NCBI GenBank assembly: GCA_039698055.1
Contig: JBDKTL010000007.1
Span: 1-64,000, forward strand
DNA length: 64,000 bases
Reading direction: 5' to 3'
Source of the DNA: Methanoregula sp.
GTDB taxonomy: Archaea; Halobacteriota; Methanomicrobia; Methanomicrobiales; Methanospirillaceae
This document shows positions 28,944 to 39,875 of this stretch, one piece after another. Positions within the stretch are counted from its first letter, which is position 1, and each line of letters opens with the position of its first letter. Made by a program: the position numbers and the translations under genes. The notes beneath the pieces were generated by a model, which saw only the letters and a program-made list of their open reading frames with translations, was not told the origin of the DNA and did no database searches.

Positions 28944-30875
28944 TCAGGCGATGATAAAGTTGAACGTCACAAGGGCGATCACAAGGAGAATACAGGAATG
29001 CTTCACCCCGGCGGAAAGCGATGATTCTCCCATCTGGCCTGCAATAAGCCCTGAAAAGATTGCCTGCACCAGACATGCATGGTAAAGGAGCCGGTCAAAT
29101 GTTTTTATCGGGATCGACCCCAGGCCGGAAAGGGGGCCGGATGTCGGAAGTCCTTGTGTCCCGATGTGGGCAAGCACCGGGAGGAACTGTGTGCTTAAAA
29201 CACCCACGACAAAGAGGAAGACAAAGAAAGAGAGATAGACGATCGCCGTATAGATGAACATCTCTCCAAGGCGTTCCTTCTTAAGCGATTCGCTCATCTT
29301 CGCATCGCTTGCAGCAATAGTCAGAACTTCTCCAATCTGTCCGCTCATCTCGCTTGCTTTTGTGATGAGGGTGACCGTTCTTGCAATGGCCGGAGTGCTG
29401 ATACGCTCCTCAAACCGTATCAGTGCGTCGTTGAAATGAGCCCCCCAGTCCATATCGCGCTTGATCCGTTTGATCTCATAACTCATGAGGCCAAGATTGG
29501 TATTGACCATGATCCCGATTGCCTGGACAAGGGTCAGCCCCACCTGGTTTATTCCCGCCATCCGTTCTAAGAAATCCGGGATCAGGGACTGGATACCCAA
29601 CACTTTTCTCGCCCAGATTTCGTAAAACACTGCATAGGGAATGAGGACAATCAGCAGGGCAATGACCAGATGATCGTCCACGACATCGATAAAGGTTTCA
29701 AGTTCCGCGTAATAGGGTAACTGCATAAACATTGCTACGACGTAAATAATTGCAAGAGGGATGGTTACATACAGGGTGTAGGTAGCATCGCTGGTAAAGC
29801 TCTCCAGCGGGTGTTTGAGGTGGTGAAGAATCTTCCTTACCCGGTCATATTTTCTTAACTGGCCAAACAGGGAATCTTCACCGGTTTTTTTGACAATTTT
29901 TACATCTGCATATGTATTGAGCAGGGTGGATTTTACGTACCGTTCTGTCTTCTCCCCTTTAATTGAGACCAGATCGATCAATAAAATAAAAATAACCGAC
30001 CCGATGGGAATTATTGCATAGGTGATCATCGCGAGCTGGACGACTGCCGGTCCGCCCATCATACCCATTACCACCATAATGATGATCAAAAAAAGCGGGC
30101 CCGCAACAAAGAGCGTCACATAGGATTCCGCTACCATCGACAGGAGATTGAGGAACTGTTTCTGTTCAAACCGGGCTTCTTCCTGGTACAGCCGTACCCG
30201 CGTGGCAAGAAATTCCGACATATTTCCCCCGCTCTCGATCACGGAGAGGAGATCCTCAAGGAAATCTTTCATCTTCTCCGATGGGGTGGTTTCGGCAAGG
30301 TGGCGGATCGCAGTCATCACATCGTAACCAAAAAAGTCCGCATCGCGCACGATCTGCCGGAATTCAAGTGCGACCTCCCCGTAAATGTCGGAACGATCGG
30401 ATATGGCACGGAAGATGGTCATCATCTCTGCACCGCCCCGTCTCATCGCGTACATGTACGCAACGGCATTGTGGAGCGTCAGGTTGATTTTGATCTCACG
30501 GCTTTTCTTCTCGATGTTGGGCATTCTGAGGAGGAGCGCATAGCTGATGTAGGTCCCAAAAATAAATGAGATGACAACAGAGAGGGATTCAAAATACGCT
30601 GCAAAGGAGATATTTGAGAAGATATCAGGAAGCTGAATAGAGAAAACATTGTAAATACCACCCGTTCCTGACTCAATCTGCACGGTAAAATAAGAACCGA
30701 CAAAGTACCCGAGAATCGCAAACAGGATGCCGCTTAAAAGGGAAATTTTTATGGATCGCCACAAAAACTGGTCAAGCGCCACTCCCGCGCGTGCCGATAC
30801 CAAGTCGGCGTGGAGACTCTGGTAGCGTAATGGGTCACGTTTGATCCATTTTCGGATGTACCGGTTGATGTTCAT
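28944..30875 (-). CDS. Type II secretion system F-family (PilC/FlaJ/TadC-like) membrane platform protein
   Basis: Two T2SSF repeats, YGEVALEF, TPS..., QAIFSGLIAG.MGE. Confidence 0.92.
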   Translation of the reverse strand: MNINRYIRKWIKRDPLRYQSLHADLVSARAGVALDQFLWRSIKISLLSGILFAILGYFVGSYFTVQIESGTGGIYNVFSIQLPDIFSNISFAAYFESLSVVISFIFGTYISYALLLRMPNIEKKSREIKINLTLHNAVAYMYAMRRGGAEMMTIFRAISDRSDIYGEVALEFRQIVRDADFFGYDVMTAIRHLAETTPSEKMKDFLEDLLSVIESGGNMSEFLATRVRLYQEEARFEQKQFLNLLSMVAESYVTLFVAGPLFLIIIMVVMGMMGGPAVVQLAMITYAIIPIGSVIFILLIDLVSIKGEKTERYVKSTLLNTYADVKIVKKTGEDSLFGQLRKYDRVRKILHHLKHPLESFTSDATYTLYVTIPLAIIYVVAMFMQLPYYAELETFIDVVDDHLVIALLIVLIPYAVFYEIWARKVLGIQSLIPDFLERMAGINQVGLTLVQAIGIMVNTNLGLMSYEIKRIKRDMDWGAHFNDALIRFEERISTPAIARTVTLITKASEMSGQIGEVLTIAASDAKMSESLKKERLGEMFIYTAIVYLSFFVFLFVVGVLSTQFLPVLAHIGTQGLPTSGPLSGLGSIPIKTFDRLLYHACLVQAIFSGLIAGQMGESSLSAGVKHSCILLVIALVTFNFIIA

Positions 30876-32635
30876 TTCATTACCCGGGCAAGATCGGAGA
30901 GATTGGACAGTACCTTCTCCCGGTCGATATTGTACATGTGGAATATTGAAGCGGAGGATACATAATCGGTGATACCCTGTTTCTGCATCGCCTCAAGCAC
31001 TTTTTTCCGGATTGCAATTTCAGCATCGAGCTGATCGCGTGTCCACCCGCGTTTTTCTGCAATATCACTAAAGACCTGCGATCTGCCGGTATAGTTGAAC
31101 CGGTCATGGATCGGATCATACATGAAGACGTTGTTCACCCGCAAATTTCCGGTCGCCGGGTCAATGCCGGCTATTTCCACGATTTCCTGAACCCGGCGCA
31201 CTCGTTCAGTTCCACGATATATGAGACCCTGAACGCTGATGATATTGAGTGCCTGCACCATGTTTCGCGGGACGTTAAGTGGTTCACTTTCAAGACGGTG
31301 AATGGCTGCATCGACATTACCCGCGTGCATTGTCGAGAAGGTTGTATGGCCGGTGTTCATTGCCTGAAACAGCGTCTGGGCCTCAGGTCCTCTCACTTCC
31401 CCGACAATGATATATTCAGGGCGCTGGCGCATCGCTGATTTGAGAAGATCGAACATCGTGATCGCGTTGCCGCCATCGGTCATGGAATCGCGGGTCACGC
31501 TTGCGATCCAGTTGTCATGGTAGAGCGTGATTTCCCGGGTGTCTTCGATGCTGACGACTTTTGAAACCGGGGGTATGAAGAGAGAGACGGCATTTAATGA
31601 CGTGGTCTTTCCTGAGGCCGTCCCGCCAATAAAGATAAGACTTTTATTGTTCTCAATGGCAAGCCAGAAATACACCAGCTCATCGGCACTGAACGTACCG
31701 TATTCCATGAGTTCAATCGGGGAATACGGCTCTTCCCTGAATTTCCGGATGGTAAACGATGTTCCCCGCGTTGTCACTTCGGTTCCAAGTGTCAGCTGAA
31801 GCCGCGACCCTTCCGGCAATGTTGCATCGAGCATGGGTGATCCTGTGGAAATATGTTTGCCGGATCGCTGGGCAAGAGTGATGGCAAGAGAATTGAGCAC
31901 ATCGGACTCAAAGCTGATATTGGTCTTGATATTCCGGTATTTCCGGTGATAGAGGAACAGCGGGATTCCCGTACCGTCACAGGAGATATCTTCAAGATGG
32001 ATATCTTTCATGAGGGGATCGATTCTCGACCATCCGATAAAGTTGCGGATCAGGTAATACTGGATCTTGAAGATCGTGGACTTCTCAAGAGTGAGTCCAT
32101 AGTCATCCAGCAACCGGTACATTTTTTCAAGGAGGACTGTTTTCCGATCCTTTTTGATCTCGTCAGAAGTCAGGATCAGAACGTCCCGGAGGTCCTCGAA
32201 CAGTCGTTCGAGCAGCTCATATTCAAATTCAGAGAGGCTTGACTCAAAGAGATGGTATTCATTCTGGTTTGTTTTTTTGTTGAGGGTAATATATACCAAT
32301 GTCCGTCCTTCATCGATCCAGTACTGGTCGATTAATTCGTGTCCTTCCGGGACTTCCCCCTCAACAAGGGTCCCGTCTTTCTCAAAATTATATTCATCAA
32401 TGGTAGATCTCTTTTTACCGCGTATCAGTTCCAGGTAATGGTGAAAGGTGTTATCGGGTTTTTTTGGTTCCGTCCGTTCCGGTGCGGAAGTTGGCACCGA
32501 TAGAGTTTCTTTGAATTTTTCTGCCAGGATATCATCTGACGTTGGCGCCGGCTCAACAAGACCGGTTACCGCTGTTTCCATCTCTTTTTTCTGTGGAGAT
32601 TTTCGAAGGGCTAAAAAAAAATCAGACAGACGCAT
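30872..32635 (-). CDS. Type II/IV secretion ATPase (PilB/FlaI-like)
   Basis: GGTASGKTT, SIEDTRE, MRQRPEYIIVGEVRG, GH..FSTMHA. Confidence 0.95.
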   Translation of the reverse strand: MRLSDFFLALRKSPQKKEMETAVTGLVEPAPTSDDILAEKFKETLSVPTSAPERTEPKKPDNTFHHYLELIRGKKRSTIDEYNFEKDGTLVEGEVPEGHELIDQYWIDEGRTLVYITLNKKTNQNEYHLFESSLSEFEYELLERLFEDLRDVLILTSDEIKKDRKTVLLEKMYRLLDDYGLTLEKSTIFKIQYYLIRNFIGWSRIDPLMKDIHLEDISCDGTGIPLFLYHRKYRNIKTNISFESDVLNSLAITLAQRSGKHISTGSPMLDATLPEGSRLQLTLGTEVTTRGTSFTIRKFREEPYSPIELMEYGTFSADELVYFWLAIENNKSLIFIGGTASGKTTSLNAVSLFIPPVSKVVSIEDTREITLYHDNWIASVTRDSMTDGGNAITMFDLLKSAMRQRPEYIIVGEVRGPEAQTLFQAMNTGHTTFSTMHAGNVDAAIHRLESEPLNVPRNMVQALNIISVQGLIYRGTERVRRVQEIVEIAGIDPATGNLRVNNVFMYDPIHDRFNYTGRSQVFSDIAEKRGWTRDQLDAEIAIRKKVLEAMQKQGITDYVSSASIFHMYNIDREKVLSNLSDLARVMK

Positions 32636-32999
32636 ATTACCCGTTCCTTACACACAAAAGAGGAATCCTTCCCCGGTTTAATAGTTCGGGAGAGATTCTA
32701 TATATAGTGTTTTACCAGATCCTATCTTTGATCATATACAGTAGTGTTCTATACTGGGTAATACTGGGTTTTACATAACTGGATCGCAATCCACAATAAT
32801 CAATCCGGCAGGAGCCCGCAGGGTAGCATTTTTCTCTCCGGTTGATGGTTGCACAGACAAAAAAATCGCGGGGTTTTTCCTGGTGCATCAGACCACTTCG
32901 TCGTTGGGGATCTCCGTGAAAAACGACAGATATCTTTATCAGTGTTTCAAAGATAGTTCATTTGCGAATGTTCTTTTATTGTTTTTATGAGGGGGTATA

Positions 33000-33827
33000 A
33001 TGCAGGAAACCATACAACAGCGAATGCCAACCGGGATTACCTCGCTTGATCCGATCCTTGAAGGGGGTGTCCCTATGGGATCGGTTATCCTTCTTTTAGG
33101 AGAGATCGGGGCAGGCAATTACGAGTTTGTGTATAGTTCCATAGTAAATACCCTTGGACTCATGAAAGCGCCGGCACAACCGGGAGTGATGATACCAAAA
33201 AAGATCCGTTATGTGACGTTCACCCGGATAAAAGAAGACGTTGTGCATGAGATTGTCCAGTCGTTCCATGCTGAGGGACTCCCCGATGTGGTAAGCACGA
33301 TCCAATTTGATGACCTTTCCGATCTGTATTTTGATCGCAGCATTGTTCCTGATGAGTGGTACAGCCATAGTGATATCCTGACCCGGCTCCAGAAACGATC
33401 GGACCGGGAAAGCATCTTTGTAGGGCTGTCGTCGATTTTTAATGCAGCGGAACACGACAGTATTATTGTGCTGGATTCCATTACCGATATCGCCACCCAG
33501 ACAAACATCCCCAATCTCTGGCAGGATCTGACCGGTATTCTCCGGGGGATCCAGCGGGTTGCAAAACAGCGGAATATTACCACGTATCTCCTGCTCAGTA
33601 AAGGAATTCTTGATTCTGCAAAAGAGGTGGAACTTTCTGATATTGTCGATGCCGTGCTGCTCTTCCGGTGGGAGGAGAGCACAGGTGCGCGGAGGCAGCG
33701 GGTGATGTATTTTGAGAAGTTCAGGGGAGTTATGCCTCATCTTGAAGAGCAGGATCTGGTGAAATTTGCGGTGCGGATATCGACAACAAGCGGGTTTGAC
33801 GTGAGCAATATACGGGTGATCATATGA
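33000..33827 (+). CDS. KaiC/RAD55-family ATPase, degenerate Walker A
   Basis: PTGI..LD..L.GG.P start; Walker A reads GEIGAGNYEF; IVLDSIT; KFRG. Confidence 0.85.
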   Translation: MQETIQQRMPTGITSLDPILEGGVPMGSVILLLGEIGAGNYEFVYSSIVNTLGLMKAPAQPGVMIPKKIRYVTFTRIKEDVVHEIVQSFHAEGLPDVVSTIQFDDLSDLYFDRSIVPDEWYSHSDILTRLQKRSDRESIFVGLSSIFNAAEHDSIIVLDSITDIATQTNIPNLWQDLTGILRGIQRVAKQRNITTYLLLSKGILDSAKEVELSDIVDAVLLFRWEESTGARRQRVMYFEKFRGVMPHLEEQDLVKFAVRISTTSGFDVSNIRVII

Positions 33828-34522
33828 GTCCGGAGCGGGTGAAAGTCGGGATCCCCGGGCTCGATGACATGCTCGGGGGAGGCCTCTTCCCCGGGAGTAT
33901 CTGTTCCATTATCGGTACGTATGGTACCGGAAAAACCACCTATTCGCTCATGTTTGTCTGGGACGGGTTGAAAAAAGGAGAGCGTGTCATTTATATCAGC
34001 CTTGAGGAGCGGGAAGACCGTATTATCCTTTATATGAAGCAAAAAGGCTGGGATGTGGATCAATACCTGAACAAGTCGCTGTTTGTTATCAAACTCGACC
34101 CGACAGATTTCAATCTTGCAAACAACCGGATAAAAAACGAACTCCCGAACCTTATCAGCGAAGTTCATGCCACCCGCGTGGTCATTGATCCTATCTCGCT
34201 GTTTGAAGATCTGTTCGAGACCGATTCCATACGACGCCAGGAGATGTACCGGTTCGTAGAGGGGTTGCGGGACAAACAATGCACGATTATGTTGACATCC
34301 GAGACCCACCGGGATAATGTATTCTCGAGCAGGCATGGTCTCATCGAGTATCTCGCTGATACAGTAATCCTGCTGCGGTATGTCCGGCCAAGCGATCTCA
34401 CTGATGTCCACCTCGCGCTTGAAGTAGTAAAAATGCGTATGTCGGCCCACTCCCGTGAGATTAAACCCTATGAGATCGAACAGGAGCAGGTCATGGTATA
34501 TTCTGAGGCCAATGTGTTCTGA
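33824..34522 (+). CDS. KaiC-domain ATPase
   Basis: GTYGTGKT, ISLEE, VVIDPIS, KMRMSAH. Confidence 0.92.
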   Translation: MSPERVKVGIPGLDDMLGGGLFPGSICSIIGTYGTGKTTYSLMFVWDGLKKGERVIYISLEEREDRIILYMKQKGWDVDQYLNKSLFVIKLDPTDFNLANNRIKNELPNLISEVHATRVVIDPISLFEDLFETDSIRRQEMYRFVEGLRDKQCTIMLTSETHRDNVFSSRHGLIEYLADTVILLRYVRPSDLTDVHLALEVVKMRMSAHSREIKPYEIEQEQVMVYSEANVF

Positions 34523-34845
34523 TTTTTCCTGCGGGAATGGAATGGGGTAAGCGGAGAGTCACTACAGAACCTGCGGGGTTTCAGGTTTATGGATTACCGA
34601 CGCGATAAAAAAATTCAGGATCATTATCGCGTTTGGTAAAAATACGTCAGGATCTTTTCATGATCCGCTATTTTTTTCGATCGCGATCACGATCGGTCTT
34701 TAAAAAATAATATTTTCCGGACAATGTTTCCTGTCATAATCAATCCATTGAGAGAACAGGTAACCCCGGCATCGGCATACAAAAAAGTCCGGGAATGTTG
34801 TTTATCCCGTTGGTTGTCCTGAGGTGTTTTTTTTGGTTTTTATGG

Positions 34846-35115
34846 TTATATCGTGACACCAAGAATGCTGAGCAGCACCAGGATCAGCACGCCGGGAAGC
34901 CCGCCGATAGCACAGATCAGGATGGTGGCAAGGCTGTACCCGAGATCGGGTTTACCTATCCATTGCATGACCTGCAAAGAATTCAGGACGAACAGAAACA
35001 GGAGACCCAGAACCCCGTTGACGACAAGAACCGCGAGTTTTTTTACCAGGTAATATGCAATGGCGAGGAGCGCGATAATAATAATAATCGAAATAAGAAC
35101 TGAATCCATTATCAT
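34846..35115 (-). CDS. BofA-family (pro-sigmaK processing inhibitor-like) membrane protein
   Basis: Small 3-TM protein with N..LGL..L...N and GGLPG motifs; start overlaps pmbA stop. Confidence 0.8.
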   Translation of the reverse strand: MIMDSVLISIIIIIALLAIAYYLVKKLAVLVVNGVLGLLFLFVLNSLQVMQWIGKPDLGYSLATILICAIGGLPGVLILVLLSILGVTI

Positions 35116-36398
35116 TTACCAATGATATGCAGCTTATTAATTTTAATCGAAGGAAGAATGTAAGAGCCAATTGATCGGCTCTCTTTACTTAATCCAACGA
35201 TATTTTTGTGGATCTCAAACACATTTCCCGAGAGCATCGCGCTTTTTATGGGATCCTGGAAATCCCCATCTTCCATCCAGAACGGGTTGGATAATTCCAC
35301 TGAGAAGTCCCCGCTCATGGGATTTGCTGTATGGGCACCGACAACGCTGTGCACATAAATGGCACGTTCATCCGCGATGTTCTCCCGTTTTCCGTCAACC
35401 GTGAAATTGTAATGGCCAATCGAGGGAAGCCCGGCAAATCCTCCCCGCACTGCACTTCCCGTCGATATTTTGCCGAACCGGTACGCGGTTTTGAGATCAT
35501 ACGCAAACGCTTCAAGCATCCCGTCCCGGATAAAATCAACCCTCCGGGTCGGCGTTCCCTCAGCATCCCACCATGCACTCCCACCTTCCCGGGGAATATG
35601 CGGGTTGTCGTACATATCGATCCCGGGAGCCGTTACCATCGTTCCTGATGCTTCGGCAAGTTTGGAACGCCCCATATTGACATTTCTCCCGCTTAACGCA
35701 GGGACAAAGACGTTCGAGAGAAGCTCCGCGTACGCGAGAGGTGAGAGAATAATATCATAATCTCTCGTGGGGATATCTGCGCCGCCGGCAGAGCGGGATG
35801 CAAAAAATGTTGCCCGTTCACCGACTTTCCCCGGATCGATGTCATCGATAAATGCCGCATGGTCAAATTCATACCCGGTGGACTGCCCGCTGATCGCTTC
35901 AAGAGAGACAGAAACCCCGGAGCTCCGGTGAGTGTAGAAAATACCCTGTGAGTTGGCAAACGTGAGGTCGCCTGAGGATAGATCCGCGGAACCTGATGTG
36001 ACATCTGCCGGGTGTGCGGCTGCACTTTCAAGCATCGTTTCAAGGAACTGCTGTGCAATGCCGGGTTCGAGTTTGAGTTTGGGATCAAATGACAGATCGA
36101 CAGCAGGAACCGATGACGGCTCCGGAAGACCATTCCACGTCTGGGGTGTTGCAAGATTTCCGCTGGCAACAGCCGCATCCAGGCATGCTTTCCACTGGTC
36201 CGGGTTGTTGGTGTACGATGCCCCGATCCTTCCCTGGTGAATTGTCCGTATGCACAGCCCGCAATCTTCTGAGGAGGTTGCAATACTGATCTTTTTTTGT
36301 TTCAGGCTGGCGGATATCGAGATCCCGTTAACGTAATAAACCTCCAGTTCGTCAACTTTCTTTGATCCTTCTTTTAAGAGCGTTTCAATCCAGTCCAC
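35112..36398 (-). CDS. pmbA: TldD/PmbA family protein (PmbA/TldE subunit)
   Basis: DAEGTP, STGSA.R and HTANPMSGDFSV motifs; no HExxGH; likely GTG start. Confidence 0.88.
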   Translation of the reverse strand: MDWIETLLKEGSKKVDELEVYYVNGISISASLKQKKISIATSSEDCGLCIRTIHQGRIGASYTNNPDQWKACLDAAVASGNLATPQTWNGLPEPSSVPAVDLSFDPKLKLEPGIAQQFLETMLESAAAHPADVTSGSADLSSGDLTFANSQGIFYTHRSSGVSVSLEAISGQSTGYEFDHAAFIDDIDPGKVGERATFFASRSAGGADIPTRDYDIILSPLAYAELLSNVFVPALSGRNVNMGRSKLAEASGTMVTAPGIDMYDNPHIPREGGSAWWDAEGTPTRRVDFIRDGMLEAFAYDLKTAYRFGKISTGSAVRGGFAGLPSIGHYNFTVDGKRENIADERAIYVHSVVGAHTANPMSGDFSVELSNPFWMEDGDFQDPIKSAMLSGNVFEIHKNIVGLSKESRSIGSYILPSIKINKLHIIGK

Positions 36399-37734
36399 TG
36401 CCACCCACCACCGCATCGCATAACAGGACATAGGGTGCCCCGTCACTAACCGGCACGCTCTGCCCGCCTTTTCCACAATATCCCGGGTTCATCAGCCGGG
36501 TCTTCCCGCACAGGGTAATACCGTGCAGGGTGGTCAGGATCTCACCTGATAGGGATACATCCCGGATCATTTTTGTGCGTTCACCATTCTCGATCAGGTA
36601 CCCGTATTCCGCGTTGAACTGGAACACCCCCCTGCCCGGATCGACCTGTCCCCCCCGGGAACCTTTGAGGAATATTCCATTCTTACATTCAGCAAAAATT
36701 TCCTCATCGGTCGCATCCCCCGCTTCAATGAAGGTATTGCTCATCCGCACAAGAGGAGGCTCGCCAGCCATCGCCCGTGCATGTCCGGCACTACCGTTCC
36801 CCACTGACGCGAGGGTTTCACGGTTGTGGAGAAACGCGTTGATCGCACCGCGTCTGATGATCTCCGTACGGCAAACTGCGACACCCTCCGCATCCACCGG
36901 ATCAAACCCGAATTCATGGATACCGGGATCATCGACAATCGTGAGCTGTTCGTTTGCGATCTTCTGTCCGGTCCTGCCTTTGAGAACGGAGTTTCCTTCC
37001 TGGATCAGGTCGCCTTCGCTGGCGTGTCCCACGGCTTCATGCGCAAACACACCGGCAAGTCCGGGATCGAGAACAGCATGCATCTTCCCGCCTTTTGCCG
37101 CGCCGGCATCGAGAAGGGCAACTGCCACATCTGCCGCTTTTTTACCTTTCTCTGCCTGGTGCCGGAGGTTGAAACCGTGGATGGTGTGATCGCGTTCATA
37201 ACCCATCTGGATATTGCCGTTCCGTGATGCCACCGCCATGACAGAAAATCCTGACCGGCACATTTCATAGGTATATTCGTTGCCGGAACTGTCCAGAAAA
37301 TGGATATTCTCAATTTTTTCCGTATAATTCGCCCGCCGGTTTACTACGAGAGGGTTGGTTGCTGAGCGTTCGATTTCCGATAAGAGTGCAGATTTTTCTT
37401 CGATGCTGATTGAACGGCAGTCTTCCTTTGTTGGGACGGTCGGCAGCATGCCATGCCGCACATCTCCAAGAATAACCGGCTCTTCGGTAATCTGGGCGAG
37501 TTTGTTGGCATCGTTAAGAATAGTGTCGAATTTTTTTCCGGAGCCGGGAATGTAATTGTCTACTTGGACAATTCCCCATCCTCTCGGGCCAAGAACCCGT
37601 ATCACGGCTTTATTGAAAAATGAAGTTCCGGCAGATTCCACCGTTCCATTATCAATATCGATATGGGTGTTCTGCCCGCAAACATGCCGGAGATCATAGT
37701 AACGGATTCCACCAGGTTCGGGCATGATGTTCAT
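36385..37734 (-). CDS. tldD: TldD metalloprotease subunit
   Basis: [36 protein letters not shown]. Confidence 0.93.
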   Translation of the reverse strand: MNIMPEPGGIRYYDLRHVCGQNTHIDIDNGTVESAGTSFFNKAVIRVLGPRGWGIVQVDNYIPGSGKKFDTILNDANKLAQITEEPVILGDVRHGMLPTVPTKEDCRSISIEEKSALLSEIERSATNPLVVNRRANYTEKIENIHFLDSSGNEYTYEMCRSGFSVMAVASRNGNIQMGYERDHTIHGFNLRHQAEKGKKAADVAVALLDAGAAKGGKMHAVLDPGLAGVFAHEAVGHASEGDLIQEGNSVLKGRTGQKIANEQLTIVDDPGIHEFGFDPVDAEGVAVCRTEIIRRGAINAFLHNRETLASVGNGSAGHARAMAGEPPLVRMSNTFIEAGDATDEEIFAECKNGIFLKGSRGGQVDPGRGVFQFNAEYGYLIENGERTKMIRDVSLSGEILTTLHGITLCGKTRLMNPGYCGKGGQSVPVSDGAPYVLLCDAVVGGSGLD

Positions 37735-39674
37735 GCCACGGTCTGGTTGATCGAAGGTGTCTCTGCAACCATCGCGGTCGATCGTATCGCCATTTTTTTG
37801 AGCTTGAGGAGGAAGCCTTCTGCATTCTCCGGCACAAGCGCATGTTTGAGCACATCATTAATGGTATCGACCGGGATAACCATGACAAGGGATTTGTACC
37901 GCTCTTCAATGAGGACATCATTGATATTTGTCCGGGGGATGAGGACCGTCTTGATGCCGGCTTTTGCCGCTGCTTCAATCTTGAATGTGACCCCGCCCAC
38001 GGGGAGAACATCGCCCCGTACCGAAAGTGATCCTGTCATGGCAACATCCTGCCTGACCGGAATGCCTTCAATCGCACTGATGACAGCAGTTGCTACACTG
38101 ATCGATGCAGAATCTCCTTCAACACCGCCATAGGTGCCAATGAACTGGATGTGGATATCGATATTTCTCACATCTTTCCCGGTGAATTTTTTCAGGATCG
38201 CACTGACGTTCTTAATGGACTCCTGCGCGATCTCCTTTAACATGCCCGTTGCGATGACGGTTCCGCTTGCGCCCTGTGCGGGAGTGACTTCAGCCATGAT
38301 GGGAAGCACGGACCCGGAATCAGTTCCCATAACCGCAAGGCCATTTACCCGGCCGATGCGTGTGCCTTCAATAACCGTCAACTCGTATTCCCGGCTCCTG
38401 CGGATATATTCATCAGATACCTGATCTTCAATCGACCGTGCGGTTATCTTTGCCGCAGTGACATGGGTGGCTGAGGTTAATGCCGCTCCTTCCTGCCGGG
38501 CAATATCCCCTGCAACCCGGATCAGGCCACCCATATCCCGCAGTTTGAGGGTGAGGTGCCCCTTGCGGTTCGAACGGCGTCTGGCTTCACGGATGATTTC
38601 ATCAATCGCGCCGGGGTCAAAATGCGGGATCTTACCATCATTTTTCACTTCCTGCGCGATGAACCGGATATATTTTTCCCGGTTTTCCGGTGTATCGTCC
38701 ATGCTCTCGGACATATAGACTTCATACCCGTATCCACGGATACGTGACCGCAATGCCGGGTGCATTCCCTGGATCGCATCGAGATTTCCTGCTGCTACCA
38801 TCACAAATTTGCAGGGCACCGGTTCAGTGCGGACCATCGCACCACTTGAACGTTCGCTCTGGCCGGTAATGGGAAATTCTCCCTCCTGGAGTGCGGTGAG
38901 CAGGTTCTGCTGGGAGTGAGGGTCCAGTGTGTTGATCTCATCGATGAACAGGACTCCGCCGTTCGAACGGTGGATTGCTCCTGCCTCGACACGGTCGTGT
39001 GCCGGGGTTTCCAGTCCGCCGCTCTGGAAAGGATCGTGTCTCACATCGCCAAGAAGGGCACCGGCATGCGAACCGGTACCGTCAATAAAGGGGGCAGCAC
39101 TCTTGGTATCATTTGAAACAAGCAGTTTTGGCACCATCGCTTCTTCGCGGGGAGTTGTATAGCGCAGCGCCATAAACACAAACGCCGCGGCGATAATACC
39201 CATCAGCCACTGGTAGGTAAGGAAGGCATAGCCGATGATGCCTATCACCAGAATCATCAGGAGCGTATTCCTGAATTGTGTCTTCTTTTTAGCTTCGGCC
39301 TTGTGAGCGGCAACAATCTGTTTGCCCCGCCCCATGGCAACAGTCCGTATGACAGGATTATTAGGATCGTCGGAATTGGGATAAACCATAATATCCAGCA
39401 AATCCTCTTTTGGCAGGAGCTCAGCCATTGCTTTTGCAAGCATGGACTTCCCGGTTCCCGGGCTGCCGATCATCATGACATGCCGGCGCTGTATTGCCGC
39501 TTTCCTGATGACTTCTACAGCATGCTCCTGGCCAATTACCTGATCGATCAATTTGGCAGGCACTTCGATCTGTGACGATGCTCCGGGAACAATGATCTCG
39601 GGGGCTGGCTGATTTACGGGGGCCTCGGTCTTCACTTCGTCGATTGCCTCAACGGGCTGTTCTGCATTTTCCAT
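37731..39674 (-). CDS. lonB: Membrane-anchored ATP-dependent protease LonB
   Basis: GSPGTGKS, two TM helices, LFIDEI, EGDSASI catalytic Ser and [10 protein letters not shown] Lys; no intein. Confidence 0.96.
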   Translation of the reverse strand: MENAEQPVEAIDEVKTEAPVNQPAPEIIVPGASSQIEVPAKLIDQVIGQEHAVEVIRKAAIQRRHVMMIGSPGTGKSMLAKAMAELLPKEDLLDIMVYPNSDDPNNPVIRTVAMGRGKQIVAAHKAEAKKKTQFRNTLLMILVIGIIGYAFLTYQWLMGIIAAAFVFMALRYTTPREEAMVPKLLVSNDTKSAAPFIDGTGSHAGALLGDVRHDPFQSGGLETPAHDRVEAGAIHRSNGGVLFIDEINTLDPHSQQNLLTALQEGEFPITGQSERSSGAMVRTEPVPCKFVMVAAGNLDAIQGMHPALRSRIRGYGYEVYMSESMDDTPENREKYIRFIAQEVKNDGKIPHFDPGAIDEIIREARRRSNRKGHLTLKLRDMGGLIRVAGDIARQEGAALTSATHVTAAKITARSIEDQVSDEYIRRSREYELTVIEGTRIGRVNGLAVMGTDSGSVLPIMAEVTPAQGASGTVIATGMLKEIAQESIKNVSAILKKFTGKDVRNIDIHIQFIGTYGGVEGDSASISVATAVISAIEGIPVRQDVAMTGSLSVRGDVLPVGGVTFKIEAAAKAGIKTVLIPRTNINDVLIEERYKSLVMVIPVDTINDVLKHALVPENAEGFLLKLKKMAIRSTAMVAETPSINQTVA

Positions 39675-39875
39675 TGGAGATTTTACCTCTTTTTAACCCT
39701 TCGGTATCCATATAATTTGGCCCATAATAGTTTAAGTACTTTCAGCTGATTGCACAGGTCGATTACGTCAGTCGTAAAATCCCAGTAAAAACAATGCATA
39801 ATAATACAAAACAGAAGGGCGTATACTAAAACCAGAAATATGTTTTATCCCCTTGGTTGGTAAAGGAACATTAAC

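Noticed and set aside
21849-39674. Inteins in atpA or lonB
   Set aside because: Both proteins have normal length and uninterrupted motifs at the usual insertion sites
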